From Eledone cirrhosa (Eukaryota), in NCBI GenBank assembly GCA_964016885.1, contig OZ024741.1, positions 148,676,001-148,740,000 on the forward strand: a DNA stretch of 64,000 nucleotides, written 5' to 3'. The notes below the pieces were generated by a model, which made no database searches, was not told the DNA's origin, and worked only from the letters and a program-made list of their open reading frames with translations. Shown here in pieces: positions 41,558-55,964 of this stretch. Both the position numbers and the translations under genes were made by a program. Each line of letters opens with the position of its first letter. Within the stretch, counting starts at the first letter, position 1.

Positions 41558-43485
41558 CAGTGGTGTAGCTAGGGTAAACGGCGCCCAGGGCAAGCATCAA
41601 AATTGCGACCTCTCGTAACTCGCAATTGAAATAGAAATCGTCAACATTATTTGAATGCTGATTCGCAAATTGGGAAAAATACATTCATCACCGTATTGTA
41701 TGATGAATTGGAGAAGTGCCTCCGGCTTTAAAATTGGGTCAGCTGTCCTAGTAGCCAGCAAAGATCGGCAGTCCAAGATTTCCTCATACAATTGCTCTCC
41801 TTTGATGTCGGAGTTGTATAGTTCCGCAAGACTGTTGCACCTGTGTTTAAGGACAAGGTTATCAGGAGCAGCCAAATAAAACAGATAGTTGACATCAAGT
41901 AGAAAGCCAAAACTTGAGTCGGTTTCCTTAAGTCGAATAAACCGTTCTTCCATTTCTGAAGACGATTGAGTGAACTTTGCATTGCTCTCTCTATCTCTTT
42001 TCTGGCAGCCACCTCGACGTCCTCAGTAATTTCGGTATTGGTTTGTTGTCTTCCTCACCTCCTCGGACAATCGACATTCCATTTCTGGCAGAGGTCGAAG
42101 CCCATTTCAAGAGACTCGTGGATTAAGGATGTTCCTTCTTCTTTAAAATAAAGTTGAAGGGCTCCTATATCAGCTGTAGCATTGTGAAAATTCATTCTTG
42201 GATCTTGAAGTCTCTTTTGAACCCGGTCAATTCGTGAGAGAATCGTGTTCCAGAATCCAATCAAGTTCAGGAATTCATAACTCAGTATCCGATTATGGAG
42301 ATTACGGGCATTACTTCTACTCTCGCATGTCTCTGTTTCATCATAACTAATTTTTTCGAGAACTTGAACAATCAGCGTCAAATAATTCACCACCGGTCTG
42401 ACTGCGGTACATCTAGCACTCCACCGCGTGTTGGAAGGATATTTAACAACCAGTGGAGCAACTTCTGTAAGGGCTTCCCATCGTCGTGTTGAACGAGAAA
42501 AAAGTTGTATAACGAGTCAATGCAACTGAAAAAGTTCATCATAGCAGAATCGTTTTTGGCTGCATGAAGACCAACTGCTGAACCCCACTGTGGTGCCCAG
42601 CCATTATGGCAGCATTGTCGTAGCACTGCGATCGACAGTTCTGCAGTGGTAGGTCATCTTTTTCTAGCTCTTTCACGATTGTTTCAACAAGGCTTGCGGC
42701 ATCTTTTTTGATTACTTGATTGAATCCAAGTAAAGATTCCCTCACAACGACCGTCTTCATATTGAAATCAACATCGACATATCGCACAACTTTTGACAGT
42801 TGTTCTCGCCTGGTCAGGGGTCGAATCAATCAGCAGACCATAGTATCTTGCTTTTTGGATAAGATTTAGTAAATTCTGACGAACTGTATTATAGAAGAAA
42901 ACATTGAACCATCTAAACTGGAGTCAAATTGAATTCCTAATAGAAGCTATCCGATCCTATCTGGCCATTTGGATTATGATACCTTTTCTATACGTCTTAT
43001 GTACCAGTTGTAAAAGACAAACTACTCTGTTTTGTAAACCAGCTTCATAATTATAATTATATAATAGCGCCTGCGTGTCCACCAGTTGCACGTCCAAAAC
43101 TACGTCCCTTCAGTCAGTGTGTGTGTTGGGGGGGGGGGGGGGGGGGGTTGTGAGGTCAAGTGAGGTATCCGCTGTTTTGCAATGTATAGCTAGCTATAAA
43201 TAGCGCCCGCATAATTGCAACCCACCCTGCTGTCAGTGTGGAGAGGGTGGGGGGGGGCGTTTTTGTGAAGTCAAATCAGACATCTGCTCTGTCTAGTGCA
43301 CTAAACCATGGCGTGGAAGTCGGCTATCAAGAAATCACATGCTTCATTTTTGGCTTATATTTTTAAAAATGATAAAAACGACATGGACGTAAATCGATCT
43401 AGGTCGAAATGCCCCCCCCCCCCCAAAAAAAAAATATGGCGCCCGTGGCATGTGCCCTGCTTGCCACACCTTAGCTACGCCACTG
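41558..43485 (-). mobile_element. hAT DNA transposon (ZMYM1/Tip100-like transposase), disrupted
   Basis: TIRs CAGTGGTGTAGCTAGGG and CCTTAGCTACGCCACTG. Fragments EQLSKVVRYV, CRSQCYDNAAIMAG and IFPNLRISIQIMLTISISIASYERS (hAT dimerisation region). Confidence 0.9.
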
Positions 43486-43530
43486 TGTATGTATATATAT
43501 ATATATATATGTGTATATGTATATGCCATC

Positions 43531-43803
43531 GAGGCCGAAACAAATGAGATCGTGTAGGTGTCACGACAAAAAAACACACAGTCCACGCTGTAATGTGGCC
43601 GTGTAGGCAACACGGTAAAAACCTCCCAGACCCACACTGTAAATGTGGTTGGTGTTAGGAAGGGCATCCAACTGTAGAAAACCTGCCAGACAGTCCTATG
43701 CGAGCAAGACAATCACTCTTGCCTCAAGTGGGACTACCCCCGTCCAAACCCATGCAAGCGTGGAACACAGACGTTAAACGTTGATGATGATGATGATGAT
43801 GAT
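43531..43803 (+). mobile_element. RTE family A 3' UTR-only copy
   Basis: Nearly identical to 21739-22006. Confidence 0.88.
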
Positions 43804-43844
43804 ATATATATATATATATATATTTATGTGTGTGTGTGTATGTA

Positions 43845-45038
43845 CAGTTGTGCGGACAGTATTTGAGGACAGATTTATGGTTTTAAAAAAATGCTAATAT
43901 AATAACAGAAAAAAACTGTATTCTTATAAAAATAACATAGACATAAAGCTAAATTATCAACTTAATTTCATTCAATAAAACCACCATAAACATTATACCT
44001 CTACGTGTGGTTGAAATCGTTTACAAGCTTGTTCATATCGGACAGAGTCGAACTATTGTGGCTTTCAAAGAATCTTTAGTGCCATGGGGCTGTTCATTCA
44101 CATTTTTCTCAACAATGCTCCATACATAGTAGTCCAGTTGATTGAGATCTAGAGAATTAGGAGGCCAAATGTTGGGGGTGATGTGATCATGCAAATTGTC
44201 GGCCATCCATTCTTGTGTCATTTGAGCCTTGTGTGATGGTGCAGAATCTTGTTGAAAGTCATAAGGCCTTCCATTGCATACACTGTTGATCCAAGGCTCA
44301 ACAACTTTATCCAGAACCTCAAAATACGCAGCAGTCTTGTGGAAAAAAGTGAGGAGGATCACATGTCCTTTATTGCTAACAACTCCCAAAACCATGGCAC
44401 TTCCAGGAAACTTTGTATGCATTACTCTTGGAACCTCAGAAGGGTCTGCACATAGCCACCTGTCGTTTGTTCTCTTAGTTTCCTGGTCCTGGTCAAAGTT
44501 TTTCTCATCTGAGAAAAACCAAATCACATCATCTTCTGATGGATTTTTAAGTTTGTTCAAAAGTCTTTTGGATCTGATATAAACGCTTTTCTTTCGTTTT
44601 TTCTGACATCACGTAAGATTTGTATCTGATGTCTTCACGCACAACATTTCTGATTTTTTTTTCTGACACATCAAGACTTTTTGAAATTGACCTCATTGAT
44701 TTTACTGGATTGTCATCAATGTTTTGCTTAACTTCCTGAATAAATTGTCTTGATAGAATCAGAGCGTTTGAAATGTTTTTTACGTTTTGATACGGGTAAT
44801 ATGCTTCCATCTGCTTTCTCTAACTCGCAGAATCTTGTGGACAAAAGATCTTGCAATTTTCAGAATATGAGAAATTTCTAAATCACCTTCAAAGCCACAA
44901 TCACAGGCAGGCCTTTTTATTTCATTAGTAAGCATAGTTATTTTCATTGTTATTTTCTGAAATAGAAGTTCAATAAAAATTAGTCAAATAAAATAATGAC
45001 TAAAAATGCATGTGTCCTCAAATAACGTCCGTACCCTG
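43845..45038 (-). mobile_element. Tc1/mariner transposon of DD37D (maT) type, disrupted
   Basis: TA-flanked imperfect TIRs (CAG..CGGAC..TATTTGAGGACA). FSDEKNF and QQDSAPSH...WPPNSLDLNQLDY, with 37 residues between the second and third Asp. Confidence 0.9.
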
Positions 45039-45126
45039 TATATATATATGTATATATATATATATAGATATATATGTATGTGTATGTATATGTATATATA
45101 TATGTAATTATATATATGTATATATA

Positions 45127-45334
45127 TGTAATGTGGTCATGTAGGTAACACGGTAAAAGGCTCCCAGTCCACACTGTAAATGTGGTTGGTGTTAGGAAGG
45201 GCATCCAACCGTAGAAAACATGCCAGATAGTCCTATACAAGTGAGACATGGTCACCCAACCAATCTTGCCTCAAGTGGGACAACTCCCGTCTAGCTCATG
45301 CTAGCGTGGAAGATGGACGTTAAATGAAGATGAT
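45127..45334 (+). mobile_element. RTE family A-like 3' tail fragment
   Basis: Similar to 20470-20678. Confidence 0.8.
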
Positions 45335-45724
45335 ATGTGTCTAAAATTACGAGGGTAGATTACACCACAATCTATCCTCGTAATTTTAGACACGGGTTTA
45401 CTGTGTTTACTTCTACACATATTAATATTATAATGCTCAGTATTTATACTTTGAGTTTGTTAATTGCAGGGTATCTATATGAGTTAATAACTCTTATATT
45501 TTATTTGTATATATATATATATTTCCTTTCTGAATTTGTTTAGCAAGATTTTTTATCTGAAAACGTGTGTTGAAACCGATATTGTTATACTTTGGGAGGG
45601 TCATAAGAAACACACGCACCAGTTGCTTTCATTCCAATTTATTATAAATTATATTATAAATTTAAAAATTTATAATTAAATTTCCGGTTGGTTCGTTCCA
45701 CAACCGGACGGTTGTTCATATATT

Positions 45725-45767
45725 GTCAAAGTTCTTTCGTCACACATTCTATGACCTCTTCAGTGAC
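45725..45767 (-). ncRNA. Hammerhead in the 3' pseudo-LTR of the Penelope element
   Basis: gtca CTGAAGA g gtcata gaatg tgtgac GAAA g aa c TT tgac. Confidence 0.75.
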
Positions 45768-47267
45768 TGTGGATTCTTTTCTTTGTTCTGTCTTACGCCA
45801 TCTTGTTTTTGTGTGTGTTGTGTGCTTAGTTTGCGCATGTGTTACATCCGGGTGTCTGTGTGTTTTTATTTGTTTATTTACATGTTACTGGTTGGTTGGT
45901 TGTTCTATGTGTGTGTGTTTTCATTTTGTCCTTAATTGTAAGTTGTGATGTTGCTATTGCATTCATGTTTTCTATTTAATTTTGGTTGGAGTTCATTTAT
46001 GTTTATTGCCTCTGTGATTTGTCTAAACATTGTGTCTTTTCTGTGTATAGATTTTATTTTTATTTCTATGTTCTCTAATTTGCCCTTATGTTCTATTTTA
46101 GCATGTTGGTGGAGTATTGATGATTCTTTTCTATCTTGAAGCTCTCGCCAGTGTTCATTTAATCGTTCTCCTATACTACGAGCTGTCTCACCTATATACA
46201 CTATATTCTTATCCTTACATTGTCCTTCAGTACATCTTATGCTATATACTATGTTTCTAGTTTTGCAGTTAATATGGGGGCTTAGTTTACAGATTATGCA
46301 TTTCTTATCTATACAGGGAGGTCTTTGAAAAGGGTATGTATTACTAATAAGTGTTTTTATGGAGGTACCTGGTCTTTCTACTATCTTAATATTTAGTTTA
46401 AGTTTATCTAGGGCCCTTCTAAATTTGTAAGCTAATTCACCTCTAGGGGTTGTATTGATGAACATTACACTCTGGTATTTATTGCTATCATACCATGAGT
46501 TTATTCTATTAACCATATTCCTAGTTCTTTCTATTCTATTCCAAAATTTGCTCCTATACAAGGGGCAGGTCCCATTTGTATCATTATTTACCATTTTTTC
46601 CCATTTGGTTCTGGCTCCTCGATGTACTCTGATTTTATCTCTCTGATTGTACCAGAGAACTGCATACGGTGGATGAAGTGTTGTATATGTCTCTCTAGTT
46701 CTTTGGGGTTGCACATGCGGGACACGTTTCTCATCACCCGTACTAAATCCGCAATCAGTATGTTGATTTTGGTGTGATCCGAAACAGCTGAGTTTCGGTG
46801 GATCAGATATTTGGAAGTCATGGGTTTGGCATAATGGGAATGGAGGATTTGTTTTTTGTTATTAATGGCTTCTAACCTGAGCTCTGTGTCTAGTACAGGT
46901 AATTGATGGTTGGGGTGTTTGCTTGGGTAGTCTATAGTAACTCTAATACTCTGGTGGATGGAGTTAGCTATTTGCTGGATGCTTTCCATGGTGTTTTTCT
47001 CTAATTCCTGACTGTTCTCTAGTGGGGGTGTTTTTACTTCGATGTTTATATCATCAACGTAGCGAGAGTACATTATCAGGGTTAAGGGGTTGCTGTCTTC
47101 TAATTGTTCTTTAAGTTTATTGTCCCACCATACCATGAATAAGCTAGCTATGTCACCTGCAATGCTAACACCAATGGCTGCTCCCCGCCCCTTCGGCATA
47201 TGTTTTTCCATTAAATTTGAACATATGTTCCTTAAGGAGAGGCACAAAACAAAGAAAAGAATCCCCA

Positions 47268-47310
47268 GTCACTGAAGAGGTCACATAATGTGTGACGAAA
47301 GAACTTTGAC
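47268..47310 (+). ncRNA. Hammerhead in the inverted pseudo-LTR
   Basis: gtca CTGAAGA g gtcaca taatg tgtgac GAAA g aa c TT tgac. Confidence 0.75.
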
Positions 47311-47462
47311 AATATATGAACAACCGTCCGGTTGTGGAACCAACCAACCGGAAATTTAATTATACATTTTTTTAATTTATAATATAATTTATAATAAATT
47401 GGAGTGAAAGCAACTGGTGTGTGTGATTCTTATTGGCAACATGACCCTCCCAAAGTATAACA

Positions 47463-47465
<3 letters not shown>

Positions 47466-47508
<43 letters not shown>

Positions 47509-47543
47509 ATATATATGTGTGTATGTGTGTGTGTGTGTGTGTG

Positions 47544-47595
<52 letters not shown>

Positions 47596-47891
47596 TGTGT
47601 GCGTGTGTGAGTGAGTGGATATATATATGTGTGTGCATATATATGTGTGTGTGTGTGTGCGTGTGTGAGTGAGTGGATATATATATGTGTGTGTATATAT
47701 ATGTGTGTGTGTGTGTGTATATGTCTATATATGTGTGTGTGTGTGTATATATGTGTGTGTGTGTATATATGTGTGTGTGTGTATATATGTGTGTGTGTAT
47801 ATATGTGTGTGTGTGTATATATATATGTGTGTGTGTATATATGTATGTGTGTGTGTATATATATATATGTGTGTGTATATATATATATATA

Positions 47892-47932
<41 letters not shown>

Positions 47933-48074
47933 ATATATATATGTGTGTGTGTATATATGTGTATGTGTGTGTATATATATGTGTATGTGTGTGTGTATAT
48001 ATATATGTGTATGTGTGTGTGTATATATATATATATGTGTGTGTGTGTGTATTGTGTGTGTATATATGTATATA
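47466..48074. repeat. Compound (TG)n/(TA)n microsatellite
   Basis: Seen directly in the sequence. Confidence 0.97.
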
Positions 48075-49043
48075 TCATCATCATCGTTTAACGTCTATCT
48101 TCTATGCTAGCATGGGTTTAGACGGGAATTGTCCCACTTGGGGCAAGATTGGTTGTCTTGATCGTATAGGACTGTCTGGCAAATTTTCCTAACACCAACC
48201 ACGTTTATAGTGTGGACTGGGAGGTTTTTACCGTGTTACCTACACGGCCACATTTCAGCGAGGATTGTGTGTTTTTTTTTTGTCGTGACACCTACACGAC
48301 CTCATTTATTTAGGACTGGATGTTGTGGCACCAACATAACTTTACAGAGAAAGGGGTGGTGTAGATGGGGGTGGGGTTAGGGTTAGTGGGATGGGGGGGG
48401 TGTATTTTTGGTTAAGAGGTGCCTACTGACTACGTTTCGCTTTGTACTTAGGCAAGGCAGGTCTTCTGTATTACTGCGTAGCGCCAAAGATCCCGGTCCA
48501 GTGACATTGTCTTGGAGAGGTGTAAGTGTGTAAGGTCGGGATTTATCAAATCGTCCCAGGTTTTTCTGGGCCTGCCTACTCCGTAGCTTCCATCAATTTT
48601 GATCTCCCTGCACTTTTTTATACAGCTGTCGTCTTTGATGCGCATCACGTGACCATACCAACGTAGTCTTCTCTCGAGTAAACAGCATCTGATCCCTCTT
48701 ATTCCTAATTTCTCCCTTAGTTCATTTATGCTTTGCCGTTCACGTACATTACTATTACACATCCAACAGAGCATGCAAGCTTTGTTGCTCTCCATGTCTC
48801 ACTGCCATGTAACATCGCTGTTCGTATTCAGGCATCATACTGTCTGCCTTTCATTTTTAGGGAGAAACCTTCAGCGGCCAATAGTGGTATAAGCTCTCTG
48901 AACTTTTTCCATCCCGTTCTGACTCTGGCTACTGTACTTTCAGAACACACTCCACCACTGCTGATTTTGTCACCCAGGTAACGGAAGGTGTCCACTATTT
49001 CTATAGAACCATCTGTGCAATGGAAGGAGCTAGTATCCTGTGT
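48075..49043 (-). mobile_element. RTE LINE family A, 5'-truncated with internal deletions
   Basis: ORF 48448-48795 [19 protein letters not shown] and a family A 3' UTR. Confidence 0.92.
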
Positions 49044-50906
49044 CAGACAAGATGTCGATAACCAAGGCTAATCAGCCAGCTAGGGGACCACAAGTGACTA
49101 TAATACTGCAATGGGTGGAGGAGGATTATGACCATCTGTTACTGCAGTTGTATGATGATAATGATGATTATTCTTGAGGCTTTGCTTACATCACTTAGAT
49201 TGTCTGAGATACATTTGCAATAACCTTTCTAGCTAGTGGCTTGTTGTTCTTATTCTTGAAAAAGAGAGATCATCAATTAGTTAGATTCATTTTACTAATT
49301 TATCATGCATAATGTGTTTATCATTGGCTCCATCAAGGCAATTTTTATTAGTTTGTTTACAAAGTTTTTCTCATAGGAATAAATATCTTAGTATTTTCAA
49401 CACTACTCATTTGTTGTATACGTTAGTCTTTTTAATCCATTATTTACATAATTGTATTCCGGTCTCTTGTAATTATTTTTTAGTTGCCAATGTTCTTAGT
49501 CAAATTCTTTTACTGACTTTGCTGTGTTATATTGTTGTTATTTGTTAGTATCTATATTTAAAATGTGTTCTCTATAACTAATAATAAGAGATTGCTTCAC
49601 TTTTTAAGACAAATTGAATGAGGAGAGTATTTAAGCTTTTGTTTTCTATTTTCACTTAACTTTTTCATTATCATATTTCTAATGTAATATACATTGCCTA
49701 TTATTTTTGAATAATTTTGAAAATAATCAAGTATTTGGAAGGATTTCGTAATAATATAACTTTCTCACCATTTATCTGGTGGTTGGTAGATACATTCTTT
49801 TTCACATAAAAAATTATGATAGATGGTTTTTAGAAGAATATAAATGCTTTCAAACAAACAGCATTGTATCATAAAACCAGGGGTGTTTTAGGCAGTTTGC
49901 TATCAGAAGGGTGAACCCTATCATTTCCATATTTCTAATGAAATATATTATTGCCTGTGATTTTCAAATAATTTTGAAAATGATCAAGAAGCCGGAGGGA
50001 TTTAGTAATATAGCTTTCTCATTGTTCTTACATAAAATTATGATAGAAAGTATTTAGATAAATATAAATACTGTATTTGACAGCTTATAAGACACACTTT
50101 GTTTTCCAAATAATATCTCAGAAAATCACCTTGCATCTTATAAGGTCAATAGTCAATTTAGATTACTGTCTAGTGGAGTTCTAGTGCTGCAATGACTCTT
50201 AAATTAAACATGAAACATCTTTGCAAATATAAACAAGATATGATCCCTTCTACACCAACAATGGCAACTCTTTTTTTTAAAAAAGCTACAATTTTAATAA
50301 ATTTTATGATGCATAAAATAAATTTATTTTCATTTTATTTTATTTTAAAAATGTACTAAATATTTCAACAAAAAATATAATGTATAGAATAAAGTAAATT
50401 TATTTTCATGCTTCCTTGATTTAAAAATGCACGAAAATATTACAACTAGAATTACAATGTTAAACGATAATAATAAAAAAAACACAATGTATTAACTTTA
50501 TAACCTTCACCTGACATTCGTAGTTTAAACCCATTTACTTGTTTTTTTAAATGCCTGCCCAAATTGATGTGTGTTTTGTAAGCCATCATATATGGTACTT
50601 GAAAACAAACAGTTCTGTATTGTAGAAGCAGGGGCAGTTTCAAGTGGTTGATATCAAAAGGGTTAAAATTTTCTAAATGAATTCTATTATATTGTGCATT
50701 ACTCTAACTTCTAAGAGCCTCATGTAAAAGACATCTACCTTCAAAATGCACCAATAGAACTGAGAGATTTTATATCGTAGAACCAGGGTGATTTAGTATA
50801 AAAAAGGTTAATTATATACATAGGAAAACCATTATATATATCTGTAGGTGGATTTCCAATGGGTATTGGGAGGTGACTACAGTTAAAAAACATACTCAAT
50901 ATATAT

Positions 50907-51227
50907 GGAGGCACATGGCTTAGTGGTTAGAACATTGGGCTTGCTATCGAAAGGTTGTGAGTTCAATTCTCAGACCGGGTGATGTGTTGAGCAAGACACT
51001 TTATTTCATATTGCTCCAGTTTACTCAGCTGTAGAAATGAGATGATAGGGACTGGAGTCCCTATCATTCCACTGCAAAGTGGTTGTGTAGGTGCCACGGA
51101 AAAAAGCACCCAGCACTCACTGTAAATGAGGTTTGTGTTAGGAAGGGCATCCAGCTGTAGAAATCAAGCCAGAATCGGTTCCCGTCCCACCTTTGCAAGC
51201 AGGGAAAAGCGGACGTAAAATGATGAT
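50907..51227 (+). mobile_element. Full-length tRNA/CORE SINE, short tail
   Basis: Same family as 34237-34570. Confidence 0.9.
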
Positions 51228-54200
51228 AGGCATCTTTATTTTATATAGAAATTACTTCTATGGGACTAGAACTATTTAATTTTTATGAAATCATCATAGT
51301 ATATCTATATTCTGAGTTATCTGCTTAATTGGTCCAATTACAATACATGCCATTAATGTTTCTAGCAAGTTGATTGGCCATGATGAACTGGTTGCTTTAC
51401 ATGTCAATTGGTATATTTTGAAATGAATCAACTACTTTGATAGGACATTTATTTTACTTTTATTCTTTTACTGAATTCAGTCATTTGAGTGCAGCCTAGC
51501 TGGTGCACAGCAATGAAGAATTTTGATCAATCGTGTTAACCCTAGTACTTATTTCATTGATCTTTTTGTCAAACTGCTAAGTTATGTGACATAAATAGTA
51601 AACACAAACACACAGCAATTGTAGCCTAATAAAGTTCAACCTCTTAGTACCAGTAAAGTGGATTTGCTATTTGAGTAATTATATTATGTGTGGTGTGTTT
51701 TTAGCAAGTTTAGTTTGTTGTATTAAGTTCTTGGGTAGAGTTGTGTAAGGAATAATTATTTATATTGTATCATGCCCCTGATTCTGTGTGGACTAAGATC
51801 CTCGTTGAACGGTTTCTGGTACGGAAGGTTTTTCTGTTGTGGTTTTGATTTTAATTTTATTTAACTGGGTTTCTACACAATTTCTGTTTACCAAGTTTAA
51901 CTTGCAAGGCATTGGTCAATCCAAGACTAGTAGACATTTGCCCAAGGGACTGAACACACAAATAAAAACAGGTGGTTAGGAAACAAATATCTTAACCATA
52001 CAGCCATGTCTGTGCCCTTTGAAACAAAAACAGAAGGTGCTCTGAATATAAATTTATACACTTGTAACAGGGTTGAAGAGATGATCTAAATTAAGGCAGC
52101 AAAGATAGAACAACAACAATGATTATGGGTCCTTCTAATGCTTGTATAGTAATAAAAATAACTTCTCACTTTAAACTAAAGTGGTTGCTAGTGGGAAGTA
52201 CTTCCAGCTGTGAAATATCAGTGTTTAAGTATCAAAGCAACTGAATTGCTTACTGGATTGGATGTAAGATGCTGAATTTAACTATTGTTAAATGCCCTGT
52301 ATCACATGGAATTGCATTAACAAGACTTAATGTCCTGTACCTCATGAAACTGCATTAGCAAAACTTTCTTTAAAAGTACAAAATAATTGTTTCTACTTTA
52401 GGCACAAGGCCAGCAAATTACTCAGTGCATTACTGGTACTTTATTTTATCGACCCCAAAGTCAACCTCGGCGGGATTTTAACTCAGATCGTAAAGGGACG
52501 TATCACTAGACAGACTGTATCACATTAACAATAAAATTCTGTATTCTATTACTCCAAATTTTTACAATGATTCCTCCACTAGAAATGATATTGTAAATAT
52601 TTGAATTAACAAACCTGTATCATTTTTCTGTTAAATCATTACAGGATGTTAAGAGTTAATATACTGCTTGTAAATCTGTAATTTAAGGTTTAAAAAAATA
52701 ATAAAAAAAGGAAAAAAAGTTCAATTAGTCCCCTTACGATCAAAAGATAATGGTTATGTATAGAACTGAATTCTATGAAATTTCTTAAATGAACCACAAG
52801 GAGGTTTTAATAGTATATGATTGTTGTATTGCTTTTATTTTGAAATATATACTTAATAGTATGCCAGTATAGCTGTGTGGTTATGATGTCTGCTTTGCAA
52901 CTACATGGTTACTGGTTCAATTACACTGCATGATATCTTGGTCAACTGTATTTTACTATAGACTTGAGCTGACCAATGCCTTGTAAATGGTATTGATAGA
53001 CAGGAGATGTGTAAAAGACCATCGTTTATATATCTATTTCACTGAACTGCTAAGTTACTGAGCATAAACAAATATTACCAGATGTAAAGCAGTGTAGACA
53101 TAAACATAGACAAGAATAGCCAGACAGACACATATACATATATGGCAGGTGTCTGCATAGTTTCCATCTACCAAATTCTACTGAAAAGGCAGGGGGGCAA
53201 CTTGAGGCTTGAGTAAGGGTATTACTCAAGGTGCTATGCAGACCAAATCAGTAATTAATCAGGCCTACTGTCATCTGTTAGTAAGTTTATACTTATAAGT
53301 GGATATAAGGATATACATACAAGCAAGATACTGCTTGGGGAAGTTTTTACTATAGCCTCAAGTTGACTAATGCCTTGTGAGTGAATTTAGTAGAGGGAAA
53401 CTGTACGAAGACAGTTGTTGTTGTTGTGTGTGTGTTGTTAGTGATTGATGCCACTGTGTAGCATCTTGGCCAAGTGTCTTTTACAAGAGTCTTAGGAACT
53501 CAAGGAAAATGACTTCACCGATTCTTTAGTAATATAGCAAGGAAGAATTGAATGGTAGTTCTCAATTAACATTATATATTGGACTGGTAATGAATGAATT
53601 TGAGACAATATATTACTCTCACAAACTCTTGTTTGTTAACCTTTTTGATACCAATTTGATATAACCAGCTATGAAACAAAGAAACACCCATTTTAAACGG
53701 CTCCTATTTAAATTAAAATCTTTCAGAATATATTTATGTAAGACATATTTTAAGTTACTATCTTAGTTATAAAATAATTAATAATTTTAGTAAATCTCTT
53801 AAAATTCTTCATTAATTGATTGAAATAGTGTATTTCCCCAGGAATATTATCACAAAAGGGTTGACCAGGAGGTTTTGGCAGGTTATTCCAGATATATTTA
53901 GAGATTGAAAGAAACTTATGACAAAAGTTTTCAGATATGCTTGTCTATTCTTGCTTACTAATATAATAATAATAGTGATAAACTTTGTTGTCATCTTTGC
54001 TTAAGAGAAAGTATTGATACTCTCCTGACATGATGACTGGAAGTCAGCAAATTAGCAGTGTTGTTAGAACGTCCGATAGAATGCTTTACAGTATTCACTC
54101 TGGCTATCTGAGTTCAAATCTCGCCAAGGTCGACTTTGCTTTTCATCTTATTGAGGTCGATAAAAAAGTACTAGTCCAATACTGGGGTCATTTCTTCCTT

Positions 54201-55964
54201 TCTATCACTCTCTCTTTCTCTGGAAAAAAAATCAACTGTATTCAGACTTGAGAGGGATGTACTCTGCCATCTTAAAGTGCCCAAGACACATTGAATGTCA
54301 ATACTAATGACTGCCTGAATTCAAGATCGGATATTCTCTGTATTTGTTTGCAATGAGCAAAGCATTTGCTATGGTATCATAAAATAGCATTGTATTTCAA
54401 ATTTCAACAGGATGCTTCTCCAACTTGATTTATTTCTCTCATTATACTTTCTTTCCTTCTTGTTATTAGTTCATTTGCTTTCTTTTTATTTTTAGCTATT
54501 TCTATCATTTTTCACTACCATCATTTTCTGTGGTTTTTCTTTTTGCTCTTGGTGATGTTTGGTTTGTTCATTCTAACTCCCTTTCCTTTTCTCTTTGTAC
54601 CATTGCATTGTCAGATGAGCATTGCTAACCATTAGCATTATTTTAGAATATAACTTTATGAATGAATAGTATTTATTCTAAGAGCATTAAAAGTCAACGA
54701 TAGTTTTGCCTCTCTCTATTTCTCACCTTCTCTTTTTCTTTACTTTATTACTCTCCACTCATTAATATTTCAATATTTTTATAGTATTTGAATGTGAATG
54801 GCCTATTATGAATGCTTGTAACCTCACACAACTACTGTTAACCTAGTCGCATTTCAATGTTATATATTTTTCTTATTTATAATTTTGCACCTGCAACCAA
54901 TCAAATGCTTACTTTTTGCGTTTTTTGTCTTCTTTATGTTGACTATTCACATAAACGGCTCTTCTTTTATTCCCCAAATTTTATCTGAAAATTAGAAATA
55001 TAAAACTTAGTTGCAAAATTTAAAGTTTAATTAATGTGTGTGTGTGTAGATTGTAAATACCTACTTTTAAAAGGATTTTCTGTCAGTCCTGTATAACTTT
55101 TGTTTCGTTGTTATTTACATACAAGACTTGAGCTCAATAAATTAATACTTTAAAAAGACACATCATTTATAGGGCAGATATAGGAGTTGTTGTTATGACA
55201 CTGAAAAGAGTTTTGTGTTCATCCTGGAAAGATTTCTTTTGTTTATACTATGGAAGCAGCCAAGTTTTTGGTACATCTATTTCTTGTGCTTACTAATATT
55301 ATTAACTAAGCTTCTAAGAAATACCAAATACAATAATTCTTTTGAGCAGTGACACAAGGCCAGCAATCAGAGGGAGGGGAAAGTCAGTTATATTGACCCC
55401 TAAATAGTGCAAAGCATTTTGTTCAATGCTCTACCAATACTGCCAATCGTCTACTTTATGACCGTCCAATAATGAGCTTAAAACCCTAATCTACACGACT
55501 TCATTACTTAGAATAAATGTCAGACCTAGAATAAAGTGTTGATATTTGATAATGTAATTAGTAAGTCATTTTCCACAGTTTGGTTTGTATCAAATATTAT
55601 TGTTTCAAGTTATAAAGGTTTGTTGTCTTTAAAGTTGATTTCTATTTAGTTGTTGACACTTGGGTAATTTGTATTTTTTAAACTATTCAGATAAGTGATA
55701 AAATTATTAATGAAGTAATTCTATTTTTATGCTGATTATGATAATTGGCTACATTGGATTGAGTAAAATGCAATTTTTCTCTTGACTGATTTCTAGTCAC
55801 AACTAAATGTACTCTTAACTCTTTTGATAAGAAACTGCCTGAAGCCATCCCTGGTTGTATTATACAACACTATTTTAATCCACAACTTTTTTCATACAAA
55901 ACTGCCTGAAACCACCTTTGCTTCTGTGATATAATGCTATATTTTAATCCGTATATTGTATATA

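Larger units (their letters stand above)
45579..47465 (-). mobile_element. Penelope-like retroelement, 5'-truncated, with inverted pseudo-LTRs; frameshifted RT and C-terminal GIY-YIG
   Basis: RT motifs GAAIG, YSRYVDDI, LPVLD, YAKPM; endonuclease CxxC..NIVYSIRC..VYIGETARSIGERLNEH..RQITEA..LNRK. 45579-45790 is the reverse complement of ~47248-47465. Confidence 0.93.

Noticed and set aside
43128-43147. Poly-G runs as G-quadruplex regulatory elements (also 22768-22787)
   Set aside because: Internal to the hAT and RTE elements; homopolymer length is unreliable and there is no functional evidence.
45558-45585. ctgaaaa..gaaaccgata hammerhead-like motif (also a ctgatga on - near 16010)
   Set aside because: Mismatched core or no convincing stems; too degenerate to call.
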